Source: a virus. Taken from it: a stretch of DNA of 64,000 nt. Location: positions 9,795 to 73,794 of the IMG/VR virus record IMGVR_UViG_3300046096_000285, one strand, 5' to 3'. The position numbers and the translations under genes are program-made. Within the stretch, counting starts at the first letter, position 1, and each line of letters starts with the position of its first letter. Below are positions 11,459 to 21,430 of this stretch, piece by piece. The notes beneath the pieces are model-generated. The model saw only the letters and a list, made by a program, of their open reading frames with translations. It had not been told where the DNA came from and made no database searches.

Positions 11459-11705
11459 CGATCGCGTTCTATTTAGGTGCGAGTACTGGGTTGAAGACTC
11501 TGGCCTAAAGGTTGACTACGAGTGGGCGCTAAACAGTGCTGAACTTGAAGACCTATATAAAGGTGAAGACGGTATCAACTTATATAAGTATCAGGTAGCA
11601 TCTCCTTACGAGGTAGAAGCTTGGCTTAGTGGTTTTGATGAGGGCTCCCTATATGGGATTGCTAAAGCTCGACTGAAGAACATCGCGGATTCCGACAATA
11701 ATTAG
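11442..11705 (+). CDS. Hypothetical protein
   Basis: ORF overlapping previous stop. Confidence 0.5.
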   Translation: MSAPNSDRVLFRCEYWVEDSGLKVDYEWALNSAELEDLYKGEDGINLYKYQVASPYEVEAWLSGFDEGSLYGIAKARLKNIADSDNN

Positions 11706-11733
11706 TTAATCCGTTTTACGGTAAAATTAGATC

Positions 11734-12477
11734 ATGAACGATTTAATCCCTGAAGAACAAGAGCTTGCCGACGCTCTACAGCTGATTGCTGATAAGTACG
11801 GGAAGTTTAACGACGACAACACCGGCATTTGGGCTGGCTACACTCCTGCGTCTGAGAATGAGGAAAACTCCAGAATCGGCGTTAAGTGTGGTAACTGCGT
11901 CTTCTATCTTGAGCCTAACGGATGTTCAATCATTGTTGCTGAAGTTGAAGAAGGCGGACTATGCCGTTTTGCTGTGCTTCCAGATGGTGCTGTAACTGCA
12001 ACCGCTGGATCTAAGCCTGCCCCTAAGAAGGACCGAATTAGAGGCTCTGACAAGAACAAATCTGGATCTGCTGGTAGTGGTAAGGGCGTTAACTTCACTG
12101 CAGAAATTACTAAGTCTCTAGAAAAGAAAGTTGCTACTCACAACGAGAAGGCACCTAACGGACGTAAGGTAACTCTTGCGAAGTTGAAGGCTGTCTATCG
12201 TCGAGGTGCTGGAGCCTTCTCTACTTCTCACCGGCCAGACCAGAACCGGAACTCGTGGGCGATGGCACGTGTAAACGCTTTCTTGCACTTGGTAAAGAGT
12301 GGTAAACCTAAGAACTCTAAGTACACTACCGACAACGACTTGCTACCAAAGATGCACCCGCGTGCAAGCGAGGCATCTGATATGTCTCCTATTCTTGCAA
12401 GCCTGATGGCTAACCTAAACTTTGACTATGATCTAGATGAAGCTCATGACGAACCTTTGGAGCCTTGGCTAAATTAA
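11734..12477 (+). CDS. Two-domain phage protein (CxNC-C-C module plus basic LKAVYRRG.GA domain)
   Basis: CGNCVFY..C...C; LKAVYRRGAGAF..WAMARVNAFL, a domain often seen in phage head-region proteins. Confidence 0.6.
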   Translation: MNDLIPEEQELADALQLIADKYGKFNDDNTGIWAGYTPASENEENSRIGVKCGNCVFYLEPNGCSIIVAEVEEGGLCRFAVLPDGAVTATAGSKPAPKKDRIRGSDKNKSGSAGSGKGVNFTAEITKSLEKKVATHNEKAPNGRKVTLAKLKAVYRRGAGAFSTSHRPDQNRNSWAMARVNAFLHLVKSGKPKNSKYTTDNDLLPKMHPRASEASDMSPILASLMANLNFDYDLDEAHDEPLEPWLN

Positions 12478-12542
12478 ATAGCTAATTTCTAATCTGCTTC
12501 GTGATAACATTTAGGTAATCAAGTGCAGACAGGAAAGAACCT

Positions 12543-13427
12543 TTGAAAGTTTACATCGCTGGTCCAATGACTGGAATTAAAGACTGGAACTTTCCCGCTT
12601 TCTTTCAGGCCGAGGATGAGCTTGTAGCTCTTGGGTTTGATGTAATCAATCCTGCGCACAATGACGGTGCAACTGTTCAAGAAGCACTTCAGTCTGCTGG
12701 CTCTCCTGAGTCACCAAATAAGCTTTGGTCAGACTACATGAAGCGTGACCTTCCACATGTGATGGAAGTTGACATGCTTTGCTTGCTTCCTGGTTGGCAA
12801 AGCTCTCGAGGTGCTCAGTTGGAAGTGCACGTGGCGAAAGCACTAGGTCTTCCGCTTATGGTTTTGAAGGACGGAAACCTAGTTCCTCGTCTAGAGGTTC
12901 TTGGTTTGAGTGGCTATGCCAGATCTGGTAAAGATACCGTTGCCGAGCACCTAATTGAAACTCAGGGGTATACCCGTATTTCTTTTGCTGACCCCATGCG
13001 TGAGGCATTAGTTGCTCTCGACCCAGTAATTCATCTTGGCGGCTATCCAATGGGACTAGCGTCAGCTGTACGAATGGTTGGCTGGGAGAAGCTAAAGGGT
13101 ATGAGTAATGATATCCGCCCTCTTATGCAACGCTTTGGTACAGAGGTTGGTCGAGAGATGTTCGGTCAGAACTTTTGGGTAGACCTAGCCCTATCGCGAA
13201 TCCCCGATGGTGGCAAGGTTGTTTTTGCTGATGTCCGATTCCCTAATGAGGCTAATGCTATCCGTGACCTAGGTGGAGAAATCTGGCGCGTAGAGCGCGA
13301 GGGTGTAGTTGCGGCTAATGCGCACATCTCGGAGCGAGCCTTGGATGACTATATGTTTGATTCAATCATTGCAAATACTGGAACCCTAGAAGATCTTTAC
13401 GCTGCCGTAGACGCGCTTATTAAATAG
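12543..13427 (+). CDS. DUF4406 (NDT-like) domain fused to deoxynucleoside monophosphate kinase
   Basis: VYIAGPMTG..N.PAF, LPGWQSSRGA.LE; then GLSGYARSGKDT, SFADP, DVRFPNE. Confidence 0.88.
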   Translation: MKVYIAGPMTGIKDWNFPAFFQAEDELVALGFDVINPAHNDGATVQEALQSAGSPESPNKLWSDYMKRDLPHVMEVDMLCLLPGWQSSRGAQLEVHVAKALGLPLMVLKDGNLVPRLEVLGLSGYARSGKDTVAEHLIETQGYTRISFADPMREALVALDPVIHLGGYPMGLASAVRMVGWEKLKGMSNDIRPLMQRFGTEVGREMFGQNFWVDLALSRIPDGGKVVFADVRFPNEANAIRDLGGEIWRVEREGVVAANAHISERALDDYMFDSIIANTGTLEDLYAAVDALIK

Positions 13428-13464
13428 ATTTGCATTTATGAAGAAGCAGTGCTACGCTGCTTCT

Positions 13465-13923
13465 ATGATAAAAAGTAAGACTACGCATCGCGGCTCAGAC
13501 TATGGTTCTGTTGATTTAGGTTCGCATCTACATTGGCCTACTGCAACAAAAACTATTGGCCCTAACTCTGTAGCTAGTGACGGATATGACCGTGCCGTTA
13601 ATGAAGCCCTCTCTCACTTTGAGGGGGAGGGAGCTTTATTCACCGTTGTGCGTCGTGGAGATGGGCTGTATATTCTCAAGCCGCATGGTGAGGAAAGCAG
13701 GGTGTACGTTCGCCTATTCAAGAGCGATGTCGGATCTTCTGAGCTAGAGGCAGATGTCTTAGATCTAGAACCTAAAAACTATCCAGCAGTTGGCTGGTTC
13801 CAGGATGCTGCAGGAGAATTGTATTGTCACGAAGGTGAAGGCCACTGGCAGGGTATTGCACTTGCGAGATGCAAGGAACTTAATAAGTTGGCAGCAAAAG
13901 GTGAATTGGAGTTTATTAGCTAA
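13465..13923 (+). CDS. Hypothetical protein (paralog of next gene)
   Basis: Shares GW.QD..G.LY...G.G.W...LEF with 13923..14345. Confidence 0.55.
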   Translation: MIKSKTTHRGSDYGSVDLGSHLHWPTATKTIGPNSVASDGYDRAVNEALSHFEGEGALFTVVRRGDGLYILKPHGEESRVYVRLFKSDVGSSELEADVLDLEPKNYPAVGWFQDAAGELYCHEGEGHWQGIALARCKELNKLAAKGELEFIS

Positions 13924-14345
13924 TGACAACTAAAGTATCTACTCGCCCTAAGAAGGCATCTGCTGCTGTAAAGCTTTGGGCTAATGCCCTTGCAACTAAA
14001 GATAATGACATCATCCAGCTTCGTAAGAAGAACGGTATCCTTTACGTTATGAAAGTTATTCCGCACAGGAGTGGTACATGGGAGAAGCTTGACCCTACTG
14101 ATGTAGCTGTTGTTACTGATCAATACGGTGCAAAATTGGAAGATGTAAGTCTTGCTGACCTACGTGAAGAGCTAGTTGCTCCTAAGGAGCCAAAGCCAAT
14201 TCCAAGCATTCCGCTCGGCTGGTATCAGGATAACGGGGCAAACCTTTATAAGTATCTCGGTAAGGGTATCTGGGATGCTCCAATAGATATCTGGGAAAAG
14301 TTGCTTAATCTTGCAGAGTCTGATACATTAGAGTTCTTAGGTTAG
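13923..14345 (+). CDS. Hypothetical protein
   Basis: TAATG coupling; paralogous C-terminus. Confidence 0.6.
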   Translation: MTTKVSTRPKKASAAVKLWANALATKDNDIIQLRKKNGILYVMKVIPHRSGTWEKLDPTDVAVVTDQYGAKLEDVSLADLREELVAPKEPKPIPSIPLGWYQDNGANLYKYLGKGIWDAPIDIWEKLLNLAESDTLEFLG

Positions 14346-14355
14346 GAGATAGCAA

Positions 14356-14541
14356 ATGGCTAAAGAACTAGTACAGATCGATATCGAGCGCGATGATGTT
14401 CATCGTCTATTATCTTACATGAAGACGGCTGAGATTGCCTATGGCAATGACCAGCAGTGGCTAGCAAGTAAGCATGCTGGTAGGCTACATACAGAACTAC
14501 AAAAGCAAATCTTCTACTATGAAGGTAGTGATGAGGACTAA
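14356..14541 (+). CDS. Hypothetical protein
   Basis: AGGAG RBS. Confidence 0.55.
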   Translation: MAKELVQIDIERDDVHRLLSYMKTAEIAYGNDQQWLASKHAGRLHTELQKQIFYYEGSDED

Positions 14542-14810
14542 TGAGTTACGCAAGGTTTAGCGCAGAGAGCGACGTATATGTCTACCACCACTACATGGGG
14601 TGGATTGAATGTTGCGCCTGCAACATAACCCCTGTAGAGCAGGGGGAGAACGTGGGATTCTTTAGGGCATACACTGCTCGAGAAATCCTGGATCACTTGG
14701 GGATGCACTCCATGATTGGAGAGTCAATTCCGGAGCGTTGCTTCGCCCGCATTCGTGAAGAGTACCCTGACTTGGATGCCCCTATTGAAGAATATAAGCA
14801 GGAGAAGTAA
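14541..14810 (+). CDS. Hypothetical protein
   Basis: MSYARF..SDVYVY...CC.C; TAATG coupling. Confidence 0.6.
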   Translation: MSYARFSAESDVYVYHHYMGWIECCACNITPVEQGENVGFFRAYTAREILDHLGMHSMIGESIPERCFARIREEYPDLDAPIEEYKQEK

Positions 14811-15295
14811 TGGGTAACGTATTTATTACCAGTGATACTCACTTTGGGCATGCAAACATTATTAAGTATGCAAACCGCCCTTTTGATTCTGTAGAAGAGA
14901 TGAACGAGGCTCTAGTAGAGAACTGGAACTCGGTTGTGAAGCAGGGAGATAAGGTCTACCACCTTGGTGATGTAACTATGAACTCTAAAGCACTAGACAT
15001 CATGACTCGTCTTAACGGGCGTAAGTGCCTTATCAAAGGCAACCACGATACCCAAAGGTTGAAGTTCTACACTCCGCACTTTTATGATATTCGTGGCTCT
15101 CATGAATTGGGCAACTTTATCCTGACCCATATTCCCGTAGCCATTGAGCAGAAGTTGCGTTATCCAAGCGGAAACATTCATGGACACCTACACGAACAGA
15201 ACATGAATGACCCTTGGTATCTAAATGTAAGTGTGGAGCAAACTAACTATACCCCGATAGCGTTTGACGCAATAACAAAGGAGAGAAGTAAATGA
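14810..15295 (+). CDS. Calcineurin-like metallophosphoesterase
   Basis: SDTHFGH, HLGD, GNHD, HGHLH. Confidence 0.92.
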   Translation: MGNVFITSDTHFGHANIIKYANRPFDSVEEMNEALVENWNSVVKQGDKVYHLGDVTMNSKALDIMTRLNGRKCLIKGNHDTQRLKFYTPHFYDIRGSHELGNFILTHIPVAIEQKLRYPSGNIHGHLHEQNMNDPWYLNVSVEQTNYTPIAFDAITKERSK

Positions 15296-15558
15296 GTAAA
15301 GAATCTGTCAATATGACCTATCGCTTATCGGATGGCACAGAAACTACCTATTCTGTAGAACTTCAACCTGAAAGCGATTACAACTTGATGGATAAGAAGT
15401 TTTATCAGGCAGGTGTGCAAGCCGAGCAAGAACGTATTCTTAAGTTGCTAGAGAAGATTCTTGTAGGGCAGCGCAACGGTCTCGCTTATTGCTACGAATG
15501 TGATGGCTGGGATGAACTATATCCAGATGTTGTCGCTCTTATCAAAGGAGAGAAGTAA
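15292..15558 (+). CDS. Small protein, E.ERI.KLL...ALIKGEK family
   Basis: Paralogous C-terminal module. Confidence 0.65.
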   Translation: MSKESVNMTYRLSDGTETTYSVELQPESDYNLMDKKFYQAGVQAEQERILKLLEKILVGQRNGLAYCYECDGWDELYPDVVALIKGEK

Positions 15559-15744
15559 ATGAGAATGTTTTGGTTTTTTACCAATAAAGCATGGCTTGAG
15601 GGCTTCCTGAAGGGGGAGGCTTTTGGGGCTTATGATGAGCGACAGCGCATTATCAAGTTGCTCTCGGAGAATCAATGCGTATGTGGTTGTGAGCAGTCCA
15701 ATCGAGCAGGAGACATCGCTCTTATCAAAGGAGAGAATAAGTGA
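15559..15744 (+). CDS. Small protein, same family
   Basis: ERQRIIKLL...DIALIKGENK. Confidence 0.65.
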   Translation: MRMFWFFTNKAWLEGFLKGEAFGAYDERQRIIKLLSENQCVCGCEQSNRAGDIALIKGENK

Positions 15745-16031
15745 GCAAGGAAGAGAATACTGAACACCTGATTAACTCATTAACTTGGTTAGGTAAAAGC
15801 ATTAGCGAACCGTTACCACCTTTTCCTAAGCCAAAGTGGTATGACAGCGTTGCAAAATGGGAGTTACACTTACTTGCCTGGAAGAAGGGAGTTATCAGTG
15901 AGCGTGAGCGCATTATAAAACTGCTAGAGCCACTTGGTTGCGAGGCTAATGGTGTTGAGCATGATTGCCAAAATGGGCTGGGTTACACAACCGCAGCCGA
16001 CCTTATCGCTCTTATCAAAGGAGAGAAGTAA
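15741..16031 (+). CDS. Small protein, same family
   Basis: ERERIIKLLE...DLIALIKGEK. Confidence 0.65.
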   Translation: MSKEENTEHLINSLTWLGKSISEPLPPFPKPKWYDSVAKWELHLLAWKKGVISERERIIKLLEPLGCEANGVEHDCQNGLGYTTAADLIALIKGEK

Positions 16032-16145
16032 ATTAGTAAACCAATCGTATGCACTAGACCAGGGTGTAGCAGTACTGAGTTTGAAAACAAGATGTTTTTC
16101 TGGGTTTGTAAGAAGTGTCGTATTGCTATTAGTAAAGGATAAGTA

Positions 16146-16343
16146 ATGGCTAAGAAGCTGACAACAATCGTGCTAGATGAGCTGACTGAGGCTCAGCAGG
16201 TTGCTATTGATATTGTTATGGGCGAGGGCGCTTTGCGTGAGCAAGAGCGTATTCTTGCACTGCTAGAGGATGAACGTAGCAACTGTAAGTGTGAGGAACC
16301 TTTGCAGCACTTGGGGCTCCGAATTAGAAAAGACTCGGAGTAG
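16146..16343 (+). CDS. Small protein, same family (divergent)
   Basis: EQERILALLE...CKC. Confidence 0.55.
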   Translation: MAKKLTTIVLDELTEAQQVAIDIVMGEGALREQERILALLEDERSNCKCEEPLQHLGLRIRKDSE

Positions 16344-16604
16344 CTTGTGAATTGTCCAAATTGTAGTACAGTTGTTTTAGTGAAGCAGCCCACCGGGCTG
16401 TGGACTTGTAGTTCATGTCTATCAAGTTGGATTGGGATTAAGGAAGAATCAAATGCTAGATAACCGAGGAATGCTAGAAGCACTAGAAGGTAGCAGGGAT
16501 GTGTTTGCGCTACTTGCTGGTATGAAGAAGCAGGCAATGGACGCTGGATTCAGTGAAGAGATTGCTGAGCAAATTGTTCTTGAGATGTTGAAGAAGCAAA
16601 GCGC

Positions 16605-17018
16605 ATGAGCTCGCTAGTTAGTCAAGGGGATCTTGACAAGATTAATAAAATTACTCGTCTTCATGACGAAGCCTTCTGGCATCTACATGAGTTCGATAGT
16701 CATGCTAAAAGCAGTGATGGGCGTGTATCTATAAGTCTAAATATGGGTACGGTATGGGACCGAGAAAATGGTAACACCTATCCTCGTATTGAAGTGTCTA
16801 TATATTCTTACGTTGTAGCAACTGAGGGTGGGCGTACTCATGAGTTTGAATCTATTGATGAGGCCTTAGCTGCTGTAACTGAATGGCACTCAAAGGCGCT
16901 GGCGTACAACCCTACCCCTGAAGAGATTGCAGAAGTAGATGCTTTTGCGATTGAGATGTGGGATGCTATTAAAGATAGAGTTATTGTTATAGATGCTAGT
17001 AAGAAAGACGGAGAATAA
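16605..17018 (+). CDS. Hypothetical protein
   Basis: 137-aa ORF in co-directional run. Confidence 0.55.
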   Translation: MSSLVSQGDLDKINKITRLHDEAFWHLHEFDSHAKSSDGRVSISLNMGTVWDRENGNTYPRIEVSIYSYVVATEGGRTHEFESIDEALAAVTEWHSKALAYNPTPEEIAEVDAFAIEMWDAIKDRVIVIDASKKDGE

Positions 17019-17019
17019 A

Positions 17020-17304
17020 ATGGATGAGATCGAAAGCGCAGATGTGACTTTGTTTGAAGACAAGGCAGCTATCTTGGCTGACCTTTGGCTCAACTATCGG
17101 GAAGACGAGAACTTCACAGAGTTCATTGCGTACAATGACTTAGGCCTACCTTTGGCATACGCAATCGCAAATGGGATTGTAGAGAGCACCGAAATGGCAG
17201 CTCGATTTGTTGAAGAGACTTTTGAGTTACTAGTAGATGGTCTAGATATCGAGGACACTGGGTTCGAGACTTTGGACGACATGCTTGAGGCTGTAGACAT
17301 TTAA
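17020..17304 (+). CDS. Acidic hypothetical protein
   Basis: GGAG RBS; F..YNDLGLPLAY motif. Confidence 0.6.
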   Translation: MDEIESADVTLFEDKAAILADLWLNYREDENFTEFIAYNDLGLPLAYAIANGIVESTEMAARFVEETFELLVDGLDIEDTGFETLDDMLEAVDI

Positions 17305-17663
17305 TGGCTGGTGTTAGTAAGTTCGGCTGGTGTATAACTGGCCATCATGACATATGCATTGTCGAATTTACTGGGCATAGATGTGGCTGCACCTGCCATG
17401 GTGGCGTTGAAGAGCCTGTCGTAGAAGAAAATACGTAGTGTAGCATAGTTTGCTAAAGTAAAATCAAGAAAAATAGAGGGGGCTATTGTGCTGTATTTGG
17501 AATGTAGCATAGTTTAGGTCTAATTACATTACCGTCCAGTGCCTCCCGTTGTAGTCTATTGTGCTCTATTGCTGTCCGTTGATGTCTATTGATGTTTATT
17601 TGTGTATTGAAATGCTTGTTTGGTAGTACACTAGTAGAAATAGTTCAAACGGAAGAGATCCTA

Positions 17664-17933
17664 ATGCGCGAGAGCCAGATTCGTAAGATCCAAAAGCAGC
17701 GACACATGAGCGACATTATGGTCATGATTCTAAGTAATGGAATTTTTAAGAATCTGAATGAGCGTGACCGTAAGAAGCTGGCAGAATTAATCTACAAGGC
17801 CGAGATTGTCGAGATGCATATGCGCGACAAGAGCCTAACCCGCGTAAACGAATCGTTCCAAGACATTGTTCAGGCGCTCATGGCAATGGATTTGGATGAT
17901 GACGAAGACGACGAGTTTGACGATAAGCTTTAA
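17664..17933 (+). CDS. Hypothetical protein with acidic tail
   Basis: ATG 17664 downstream of promoter-like TTGAAA..TACACT. Confidence 0.5.
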   Translation: MRESQIRKIQKQRHMSDIMVMILSNGIFKNLNERDRKKLAELIYKAEIVEMHMRDKSLTRVNESFQDIVQALMAMDLDDDEDDEFDDKL

Positions 17934-18003
17934 AAATCCCCGCAACATGTACTAGAATGAAAGCGCATTGAAAAATGTTTTCCTTTCGTAGGGTTGTTGG
18001 GTA

Positions 18004-18041
18004 AAAGAAAGCCCCCGGTGTTTAGCCGGGGGTTTTCCTTT
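18004..18041. terminator. Bidirectional terminator between convergent blocks
   Basis: AAAGCCCCCGG...CCGGGGGTTTT flanked by A and T tracts. Confidence 0.8.
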
Positions 18042-18060
18042 TGACATGGAAGGGTTAGGG

Positions 18061-18894
18061 TTACGGAAGCTCGATGATCTTGGTCCAGGTGAGCTTACCG
18101 AAGACGCCATCAGCCACAAACTTGTTCTTCTTCTGAAGAGCAACTACAGCCTTAACTGTCTTAGGGTCGTAGACGCCAGTAACGGTTAGCTTCAACTTAC
18201 GCTGTACATATGAAACGTAGCGGTTCTTAGCTCCAGGAGCTAGCTTCGGGTACTTAGCTAGGTCTAGGTTCATCTCGCGAGATAGCTCATCTAGGTAGTC
18301 AATAACTGGTGCAGCAGCAACTGGTGTTTCGGCAACTGGTGCAGCAGCCTTTGCGGCAGCTGGTGCGGCAGCGGTAGCAACAGCCGGGGTAGCCGGGGCA
18401 GCAGCTGGAGCTGGCTTTGAGTGTGCATCGATCCACTTGAATGGGTCCATAAGCTGGCTACGGTCTGCAAGGTGGCAGTTCTTTACGCGGCCCATGGCAA
18501 CATGAAGATGGGCACCGGTGCTCGCAGAACCGCTCGGGGTCTTCTTACCGCCACCAACTTTACCTACAACCTGACCCATCTTGACTACTTCTCCGACATC
18601 AACGGCGGCAGTCTTTGGTGCGACGTGCGAGTACTGTGTATAGACGCCATCTGCTGCTAGTACTTCTACAACCCAGCCTAGAACGTTAGACCAGAAAACC
18701 TGGGTGACTTTACCGTCGCAGAATGCTTTGATAGGGCTGAGTTCCTTTGGAGCCCAGTCGCCTCCGCGGTGTGGACGGCCATTACGATATGGTGCTAGAT
18801 TGCCAAATTCATCGCCACGCAGTTTCTTACCGAAGAAGTCGGTGTACTGTACGTAAGGCTTTGGCTTTGCTGGTGCTTTAGGTGCTGCAGCCAT
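18061..18894 (-). CDS. Endolysin: M23 peptidase plus peptidoglycan-binding domain
   Basis: HRGGD, YSH, STGAHLH; Ala/Pro linker; T..AV..LQ....ADGVFGKLTW. Confidence 0.9.
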   Translation of the reverse strand: MAAAPKAPAKPKPYVQYTDFFGKKLRGDEFGNLAPYRNGRPHRGGDWAPKELSPIKAFCDGKVTQVFWSNVLGWVVEVLAADGVYTQYSHVAPKTAAVDVGEVVKMGQVVGKVGGGKKTPSGSASTGAHLHVAMGRVKNCHLADRSQLMDPFKWIDAHSKPAPAAAPATPAVATAAAPAAAKAAAPVAETPVAAAPVIDYLDELSREMNLDLAKYPKLAPGAKNRYVSYVQRKLKLTVTGVYDPKTVKAVVALQKKNKFVADGVFGKLTWTKIIELP

Positions 18895-18935
18895 GGTCTC
18901 TCCTTGTTATTTGTTTGTTGGAAGTTATATTAATT

Positions 18936-19184
18936 TTACCGCTGAGCCCATTCGCTGAGTTTAGCGAGGGCGTAGTCCTTACGGCGACGTTCCATATATG
19001 CTTGCTGGAACCGCTGAGTCTCTGTGAGACGTCGCGCGTAGTCGACTGGTCTTGGGTATGGGTTTGCTACTGTGCGTAGCGGTCTTGCTCGGTAATACAC
19101 TCCGGCAGCTTCATAAGCTTCCTTGCGTAGTTCCTTACTGTTTAGCTCCATATAGAACCTGAGATACATGAAGAATCTTTTCAT
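18936..19184 (-). CDS. Hypothetical protein
   Basis: Coupled ORF in minus-strand block. Confidence 0.45.
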   Translation of the reverse strand: MKRFFMYLRFYMELNSKELRKEAYEAAGVYYRARPLRTVANPYPRPVDYARRLTETQRFQQAYMERRRKDYALAKLSEWAQR

Positions 19185-19384
19185 GAGCCAATTTTACCAG
19201 GGTGCTTATGTAGGTAGTCGTGAACTGCTTTGTGAAAGATGTCGCGCTCTACTGACCACTCAAGTTTGTCACCGTTCTCTATCTGAGCACGGTAAATCAT
19301 CATGTAAGCGTATTGCCTCACGTCAGGAGTGATGTCGTGTGTTAGGCGACATTCTTCGGTTGGTTCGTTATTACTCGTTGTCAT
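19181..19384 (-). CDS. Hypothetical protein
   Basis: Coupled ORF in minus-strand block. Confidence 0.45.
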   Translation of the reverse strand: MTTSNNEPTEECRLTHDITPDVRQYAYMMIYRAQIENGDKLEWSVERDIFHKAVHDYLHKHPGKIGS

Positions 19385-19565
19385 CTTCTGGCTTCTCGTA
19401 ACGAAGTGGGAAAGTGATTACCCAGATCGCAAGTACTACGAGAATAAGGTTTCCGGTCAGTTCTTTAGCTGAGCCTTCGAGTACGAGCCATGCAACGACC
19501 ATTCCTAAGAGGGTCCAAGCCTGGTCGATGATGTCTTTGAAAAGTGATACTAGGAAGTTCTTCAT
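19371..19565 (-). CDS. Two-TM membrane protein (possible holin)
   Basis: Two hydrophobic helices, charged tail, upstream of endolysin. Confidence 0.55.
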   Translation of the reverse strand: MKNFLVSLFKDIIDQAWTLLGMVVAWLVLEGSAKELTGNLILVVLAIWVITFPLRYEKPEDDNE

Positions 19566-19567
19566 TG

Positions 19568-21430
19568 CTATTTATTCTTTCTACTTGAGTTGGTTGATTC
19601 TTTACGTGATCCGCCAGAAGCTCCTCCGCCTCCACCGGAACTTGCGGCTGCTGATGATGCTGCACCTGCGGCACCTGCAGCGGCAGCAATAGCTGCGTTA
19701 CCAGCAACAACGGCTGCAACAACTGTCTCTTCTGCTGTTTTACGAGTCTCTGGAGACATGTCAGCGCCTGCGTTACCAAGGAAGTTAATCGCGTCAACAA
19801 GGGCTTCAGCGCCTGGGATGGCTGCAAGTTCTGGGCTTAGAACAATGTCATCCGCTGCTGCTGCAACGTAGAGTGCGTCAAGGGCTTGCTCGTATTCTGC
19901 TGAACCCTTCTCTGCTGTCTCGAATGTTTGAAGTGCAGCTTCCTTCAAGGCCTCTGCTTGCTGTGGAGTTAGGTCAGTGGCAACAATCTCGGTAAGGTCG
20001 ATCTTCGTTAGAAGTTCGGCGCTGATGATTTCTGGAAGCTGTTCGGCAGAAGTAATCTCTTCTTCTTTTACAACTGGCGGTTCAGGCTCTACTGGTGTAG
20101 GCTCTGGAGCAGGTTCAGGTATAACAACAGGAGGTTCAGGTGTCGGTTCAACAACAGGTGGTTCAGGTACTACTACTGGCGGTTCTGGTTCCGCTGGTAC
20201 CGTTGGTTCTGGTGTTGGCTCTACTGGTGGCTGTGGAGTGGGAGTCGGTTCTGGTGTTGGCTCTGGTTGCGGTTCTGGCGACGGACTTGGTGCTAAAGGC
20301 AAAGTTGGCTCTGGCTGTGGAGTCGGAGTAGGGGTAGGGTCAACTACTGGGTCTAGTGTTGGAGTAGGGGTTGGCTCCGGGATTACGATTGGCGGGATCA
20401 CGGGTGTTGGCTCTGGAGTTGGGATTGGTTCATAGTTGACTACAAAGATGAGAACCTTAACTGTGCCACCTGCTGGGTCTCCATATCGATTGTCTGAGTC
20501 AATCGTGACGGAGGTCTGTCCGCTGGCTAGCTGAGTTAGTTGTGATGAAACTTCGATGCCACGTGAACCGTCAGCCGGGTCACCGTACCAAGCAGTGACG
20601 CTTACAATCCTCTGTCCTGCTGGAGCAATGACTTCAATAGATGAACCCTCTCCTAGTAAGGTAGCTCCCTCTGGAATGAATGGCGTTGGAGTAGTAGGCT
20701 GAGGGGTCGGCTCTGGAGTTACAACTGGTTCTGGGGTAGGTTCAACGGTTGGTTGAGGAGTCGGCTCTGGCGTTGGGGTTTGTATAGGGGTTGGTTCTGG
20801 GGTAGGTGTGACTGGCTCTGGAGTTAGTACTGGCGGAGTCTCGACCTGAACAACGCCATACTCTTCAAGCGTGGCAATCTGGCCGTTAGTTAGTCGAACT
20901 CCAGTACGAGTCTGACCTTCGTAGGTTGGACCTGTTAGGGAGTATGAGATGGCTACTGTTCCGTCAATGTTGATGGCGGCAACAATATTAATGTTCGTTG
21001 GTTCTGTAGCATTCTGTAGCCAAATCGGACGAGCCGAGATGTCTACCTGAAAACCTCCGTCAGATGCGCGAATGATTAGGTGCTCGTCTGAGCGCTGGTT
21101 AGGGTAGACAACCCAGTCCATGGAGTATAGGGAGATAGATGGTGTCTGTGGATAGGTCCAGTAGGTTCCATCTGGCTTTCCGAATGTGATGACTGAGTTC
21201 GTTGTAGCGTAGACGTTGCTGTACTGCACTCCGTCAAAGGTAACAGTGGTTGTCAGTGGTATCTGGTAGGACGAGTCATCGCCACCGGGGGTAGTAACTA
21301 CAACAACTACCGGCTCTGCAGGTGCTGGCTCTTCAGCCATCGCTGAGGTTGCAACCGCTATAGGTGCGAATGCTAGAAATGCTGCTAGGTATAGTCTTAT
21401 AGACTTACGCGCTAGTTTGGTGTTGAACAA
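19568..21430 (-). CDS. Secreted/surface protein with PT/PE-rich linkers and C-terminal membrane anchor
   Basis: Signal peptide ending AMA-EE; two globular domains; long PTPEP repeats; hydrophobic then basic C-terminus. Confidence 0.75.
   Translation of the reverse strand: MFNTKLARKSIRLYLAAFLAFAPIAVATSAMAEEPAPAEPVVVVVTTPGGDDSSYQIPLTTTVTFDGVQYSNVYATTNSVITFGKPDGTYWTYPQTPSISLYSMDWVVYPNQRSDEHLIIRASDGGFQVDISARPIWLQNATEPTNINIVAAINIDGTVAISYSLTGPTYEGQTRTGVRLTNGQIATLEEYGVVQVETPPVLTPEPVTPTPEPTPIQTPTPEPTPQPTVEPTPEPVVTPEPTPQPTTPTPFIPEGATLLGEGSSIEVIAPAGQRIVSVTAWYGDPADGSRGIEVSSQLTQLASGQTSVTIDSDNRYGDPAGGTVKVLIFVVNYEPIPTPEPTPVIPPIVIPEPTPTPTLDPVVDPTPTPTPQPEPTLPLAPSPSPEPQPEPTPEPTPTPQPPVEPTPEPTVPAEPEPPVVVPEPPVVEPTPEPPVVIPEPAPEPTPVEPEPPVVKEEEITSAEQLPEIISAELLTKIDLTEIVATDLTPQQAEALKEAALQTFETAEKGSAEYEQALDALYVAAAADDIVLSPELAAIPGAEALVDAINFLGNAGADMSPETRKTAEETVVAAVVAGNAAIAAAAGAAGAASSAAASSGGGGGASGGSRKESTNSSRKNK

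Noticed and set aside
15276-16343. Diversity-generating retroelement
   Set aside because: No reverse transcriptase and no adenine-specific TR/VR differences
19590-20435. Plus-strand Gly/Ser/Val-rich ORFs
   Set aside because: Antisense shadows of the Pro-rich minus-strand gene
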